Source of the DNA: an uncultured Erysipelotrichaceae bacterium
Lineage (GTDB): Bacteria > Bacillota_I > Bacilli_A > Erysipelotrichales > Erysipelotrichaceae
Length of the DNA stretch: 64,000 nt
NCBI GenBank assembly: GCA_902766435.1
Contig: CACXDM010000106.1
Coordinates: 10,830-74,829 of the forward strand
Direction: 5' to 3'
In this document: positions 60,560 through 64,000 of the stretch, one piece after another
Layout of the letters: each line of letters begins with the position of its first letter
How positions within the stretch are numbered: position 1 is the stretch's first letter
Program-made: the position numbers and the translations under genes
The notes under the pieces: model-generated
Database searches by the model: none
What the model was told of the DNA's origin: nothing
Seen by the model: only the letters and a program-made list of their open reading frames with translations

Positions 60560-61681
60560 ATGGCTGACAAAAGAGATTATTATGAAGTTCTGGGTGTAAG
60601 CAAAAATGCCGGAGATGATGAAATCAAGAAGGCATACCGCAAGCTCGCAAAGCAGTATCACCCGGATATCAATAAAGCGCCGGATGCGGCGGAAAAATTC
60701 AAGGAGATCAATGAGGCATACGAAGTACTGAGTGATTCCGAAAAGAGACAGAACTATGATCAGTTCGGCTTTGCCGGTGTTGACGGCCAGGGATTCTCAC
60801 AGGGATTCGGCGGTGCCGGGTTTGATGATCTCGGAGATATATTCTCCAGTTTCTTCGGCAGCGGATTCGGTTCTGCCCGTTCATCACGGCGTCAGACAGG
60901 TCCGAGACGCGGTGATGACAAGTATATGAGAATGAATGTCTCATTCATGGATGCGTGTTTCGGGAAAACCGAAACAATCAATCTTTCCGTGGATGAAACA
61001 TGTACATACTGCGGCGGCAGCGGCGCGGCAAGTTCTTCTGATATTGAAAACTGTCCGACCTGTCACGGATCAGGTACGGTGATTTCACAGCAGCGTACTC
61101 CGTTCGGCGTGTTTCAGTCACAGGGCGTATGTCCGGACTGTCACGGCACGGGTAAAAAGATCAAGAAGGTCTGTCCCCACTGCGGTGGGCAGGGTTACAA
61201 CCGGAAGAGAGTCAGCGTGGATGTAAAGATCCCCGCAGGCATTTCCACCGGTCAGCAGCTGCGTGTCAGCGGCAAAGGTGAAAGAGGAGAAAACGGCGGC
61301 CCCAACGGAGATCTGTTCATTGAGGTAGTCGTTCTCGATCACGAGCAGTTTGTAAGAAGCGGAAAGGATATTCTTCTTGAAATCCCGGTTTCCGCAGTTG
61401 ATGCGACACTCGGTGTCAGTCTCGATATTCCGACCATTCACGGCGATGTGACGATGAAAATTCCGGCCGGAACACAGGATGGTGCGCGTCTGCGTCTGAA
61501 AGGCAAGGGAGTTGCTGATCTAAGAGGAGGCAGACAAGGTGATCAGATTTGCACGGTACGCATCAAGGTAGACACAAAGCTCTCAAGCAAGGAAAAGGAA
61601 TTGTACAGAGAACTGCAGAAACTGCAGTCAAGATCCGGAAAGGAGTCAGCCTGGGACAAGTTCAGGAATATGTTCTCCTGA
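60560..61681 (+). CDS. dnaJ: Chaperone DnaJ
   Basis: J domain with HPD, G/F region and four CxxCxGxG repeats. Confidence 0.98.
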   Translation: MADKRDYYEVLGVSKNAGDDEIKKAYRKLAKQYHPDINKAPDAAEKFKEINEAYEVLSDSEKRQNYDQFGFAGVDGQGFSQGFGGAGFDDLGDIFSSFFGSGFGSARSSRRQTGPRRGDDKYMRMNVSFMDACFGKTETINLSVDETCTYCGGSGAASSSDIENCPTCHGSGTVISQQRTPFGVFQSQGVCPDCHGTGKKIKKVCPHCGGQGYNRKRVSVDVKIPAGISTGQQLRVSGKGERGENGGPNGDLFIEVVVLDHEQFVRSGKDILLEIPVSAVDATLGVSLDIPTIHGDVTMKIPAGTQDGARLRLKGKGVADLRGGRQGDQICTVRIKVDTKLSSKEKELYRELQKLQSRSGKESAWDKFRNMFS

Positions 61682-61720
61682 TTACGGTAAATCTGTACCG
61701 GAGGAAGGAGGTCTCCTCAT

Positions 61721-64000
61721 ATGAATATTGAAATCATGACTGAACAGCTTCAGACAATCATTTTCAATGCGCTGACAAAGGCAAAGGAAAACCATCACAG
61801 TGAACTGACGGTTGAGCATGTGCTTGCGGCAATGCTTGAAGACGGATGTCTGAGCGGTATATTTGACCGCATGAATCTCAGTGAAAACGAGATTCTGCAG
61901 GTTGTGAACAGTTATCTTAACCGGATGTCCTCAGTATCAGGATCCGGTGAGCCGCTTCTTTCAAGATATGTCAGTGAAGCCTATGATAAAGCTTCGCAGT
62001 ATATGAAGCGGCAGGGAGATACATACATGTCGACAGCAGCGATGCTGATCGGAATCATGAGTACGAATGCTTCTGTGGCAGAGGCATTGAAAAAGCAGTT
62101 CGGTATCCGGATTCAGGATATTGAAAAGGCGGAAGAAGACAGAAGAGGTGGTATTAAAATGGATGAAAAAACAAACGAAAGCCAGCTCGACGCATTAAGC
62201 AAATACGGACATGATCTTGTTCAGGATGTCAAAGACGGCAGAATTGATCCGGTAATCGGACGTGATGAGGAAATCCGCCGTGTGATCGAAATCCTTTCCC
62301 GCAAGACGAAGAACAACCCGGTTCTGATCGGTGAGCCGGGTGTCGGAAAAACGGCAATTGTTGAGGGTCTTGCATGGAGAATCATGAACGGAGATGTTCC
62401 GCTCGGGCTGAAGAATAAACGGGTGATCGAACTCGATATGGGTGCATTGATTGCCGGCGCGAAGTACCGCGGTGAATTTGAAGAAAGACTCAAAGGCGTG
62501 CTGAAACAGGTTCAGCAGGCTGACGGTGAAATTATTCTCTTCATCGATGAAATTCATAATCTTGTCGGAGCAGGCAAGACAGAGGGTTCAATGGATGCGG
62601 CCAATCTTCTGAAGCCGATGCTCGCAAGAGGAGAACTCAAATGTATCGGTGCGACGACATTCGATGAATACAGAAAGTATATTGAAAAAGACCGTGCACT
62701 GGAAAGACGGTTCCAGAAGATCATGGTCAGTGAACCGACGGTTGAGGATACCATCAGTATCCTGCGTGGTCTCAAAGACCGCTTTGAATCCCATCACGGC
62801 GTACAGATCAAGGATGAGGCTCTGATCGCTGCCGCAATGCTTTCCAACCGTTATATTACTGACAGATTCCTGCCGGATAAGGCAATTGATCTGGTTGATG
62901 AGGCCTGCGCGTGCATCAGAGTGGAAATGGATTCCATGCCGCACGAGCTGGATGAACTCTCCCGTAAGATCATGACACTTCAGATTGAACAAACCTCACT
63001 GAAGGACGAGACAGATCCGAAGGCCATGGACAGGCTGGATGAAATTACCCGTGAACTGGAGAATCTGAATGAGGAAAAGGAAATCAAATTCTCACAGTGG
63101 CAGAAGGAAAAGGCCGAACTTGAAAAAGTAAAGGAAGACAAGGAACAGCTGGAAAAGGCAAAACTTGATTTGACTCAGGCACAGAATGACGCCGACTATG
63201 AGACGGCTGCCAAACTGAAGTATGATACGATTCCTTCTCTGGAAAAGCGGATCTTTGAAGCGGAGAAATCCGGCGGCGGCAAAATGATTCAGCAGGTTGT
63301 TGATGAAGACATGATTGCCTCCATCGTTTCCCGCTGGACACATATTGAAGTCAGCAGACTGATGAGTACGGAAAGACAGAAGATTCTTCATCTGCCGGAA
63401 GTTCTCAGGGAAAGAGTCATCGGCCAGGACAATGCGCTTAAGCTTGTTTCTGATGCGATTATGCGTTCCAAAGCGGATATTCAGGATGAAAACAGACCTC
63501 TCGGTTCCTTCCTGTTCCTCGGACCTACCGGTGTCGGTAAGACCGAAGTGGCGAAGGCTCTTGCTCAGCAGCTGTTTGATGATGAGTCAAAGATCGTACG
63601 TATCGATATGTCCGAATACATGGAGAAATTCAGTGTATCACGGCTGATCGGAGCTCCTCCGGGATATGTCGGATATGAAGAGGGTGGTCAGCTGACGGAA
63701 CAGGTCAGACGCAGTCCCTACAGTATTGTTCTCCTTGACGAGATTGAAAAGGCGCATCCGGATGTATTCAATATCCTGCTTCAGATTCTCGATGACGGAA
63801 GAATTACCGATTCAAAAGGTGTCACTGTCGACTTCAAGAATACGATCATCATCATGACCAGTAATCTCGGAAGCCAGTACGCGTTCGAATCCGATCAGAT
63901 CGCAAGGGAAAGACATTATAACGAAGAAGTGCACAAGTTCTTCAAACCCGAACTGATCAACCGTATCGATGAAATCATTGTGTTCAACGCACTTGATCAT
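61721..64000 (+). CDS. clpB: Chaperone ClpB (3' end beyond the window, absent from the ORF track)
   Basis: ATG at 61721 after GGAGG. Translated motifs [27 protein letters not shown], a long coiled-coil M domain, GPTGVGKTE and RIDMSEYME. Confidence 0.95.
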   Translation, partial: MNIEIMTEQLQTIIFNALTKAKENHHSELTVEHVLAAMLEDGCLSGIFDRMNLSENEILQVVNSYLNRMSSVSGSGEPLLSRYVSEAYDKASQYMKRQGDTYMSTAAMLIGIMSTNASVAEALKKQFGIRIQDIEKAEEDRRGGIKMDEKTNESQLDALSKYGHDLVQDVKDGRIDPVIGRDEEIRRVIEILSRKTKNNPVLIGEPGVGKTAIVEGLAWRIMNGDVPLGLKNKRVIELDMGALIAGAKYRGEFEERLKGVLKQVQQADGEIILFIDEIHNLVGAGKTEGSMDAANLLKPMLARGELKCIGATTFDEYRKYIEKDRALERRFQKIMVSEPTVEDTISILRGLKDRFESHHGVQIKDEALIAAAMLSNRYITDRFLPDKAIDLVDEACACIRVEMDSMPHELDELSRKIMTLQIEQTSLKDETDPKAMDRLDEITRELENLNEEKEIKFSQWQKEKAELEKVKEDKEQLEKAKLDLTQAQNDADYETAAKLKYDTIPSLEKRIFEAEKSGGGKMIQQVVDEDMIASIVSRWTHIEVSRLMSTERQKILHLPEVLRERVIGQDNALKLVSDAIMRSKADIQDENRPLGSFLFLGPTGVGKTEVAKALAQQLFDDESKIVRIDMSEYMEKFSVSRLIGAPPGYVGYEEGGQLTEQVRRSPYSIVLLDEIEKAHPDVFNILLQILDDGRITDSKGVTVDFKNTIIIMTSNLGSQYAFESDQIARERHYNEEVHKFFKPELINRIDEIIVFNALDH

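Overview
Mostly housekeeping chromosome of a Bacillota bacterium. An Erysipelotrichaceae-like origin is inferred from polC, a T-box-controlled thrS lacking the TGS domain, the dnaB/dnaI loaders and the CIRCE/hrcA operon. Core blocks are: recG-rnc-galK, polC, thrS, rluB, rqcH, gmk, a galactoside utilisation operon, pyrH-frr-uppS-cdsA-dxr-rseP, nagA with a mannose-family PTS, polA-mutM-coaE-dnaB-dnaI, pfkA-pyk, rnj, def, ftsW-rsmD and hrcA-grpE-dnaK-dnaJ-clpB. The notable part is an AT-richer accessory island at about 27.4-31.35 kb. It holds a SEL1 / J-domain-like / HIRAN operon, then two near-identical, almost fully palindromic 36-bp CRISPR-like repeats (29571-29606, 29998-30033). These enclose a 391-bp insert carrying a whole gene with RBS and terminator instead of a ~30-bp spacer. 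A second gene-fragment insert follows, then an uncalled divergent cas2 with an in-frame stop, then an intact type II-like cas1. No Cas effector is present in the window. The working hypothesis (inference) is a Cas1-Cas2-associated gene-capture array with gene-sized spacers. An apparent one-base frameshift in the essential gene dnaI warns that homopolymer errors may exist in this assembly.
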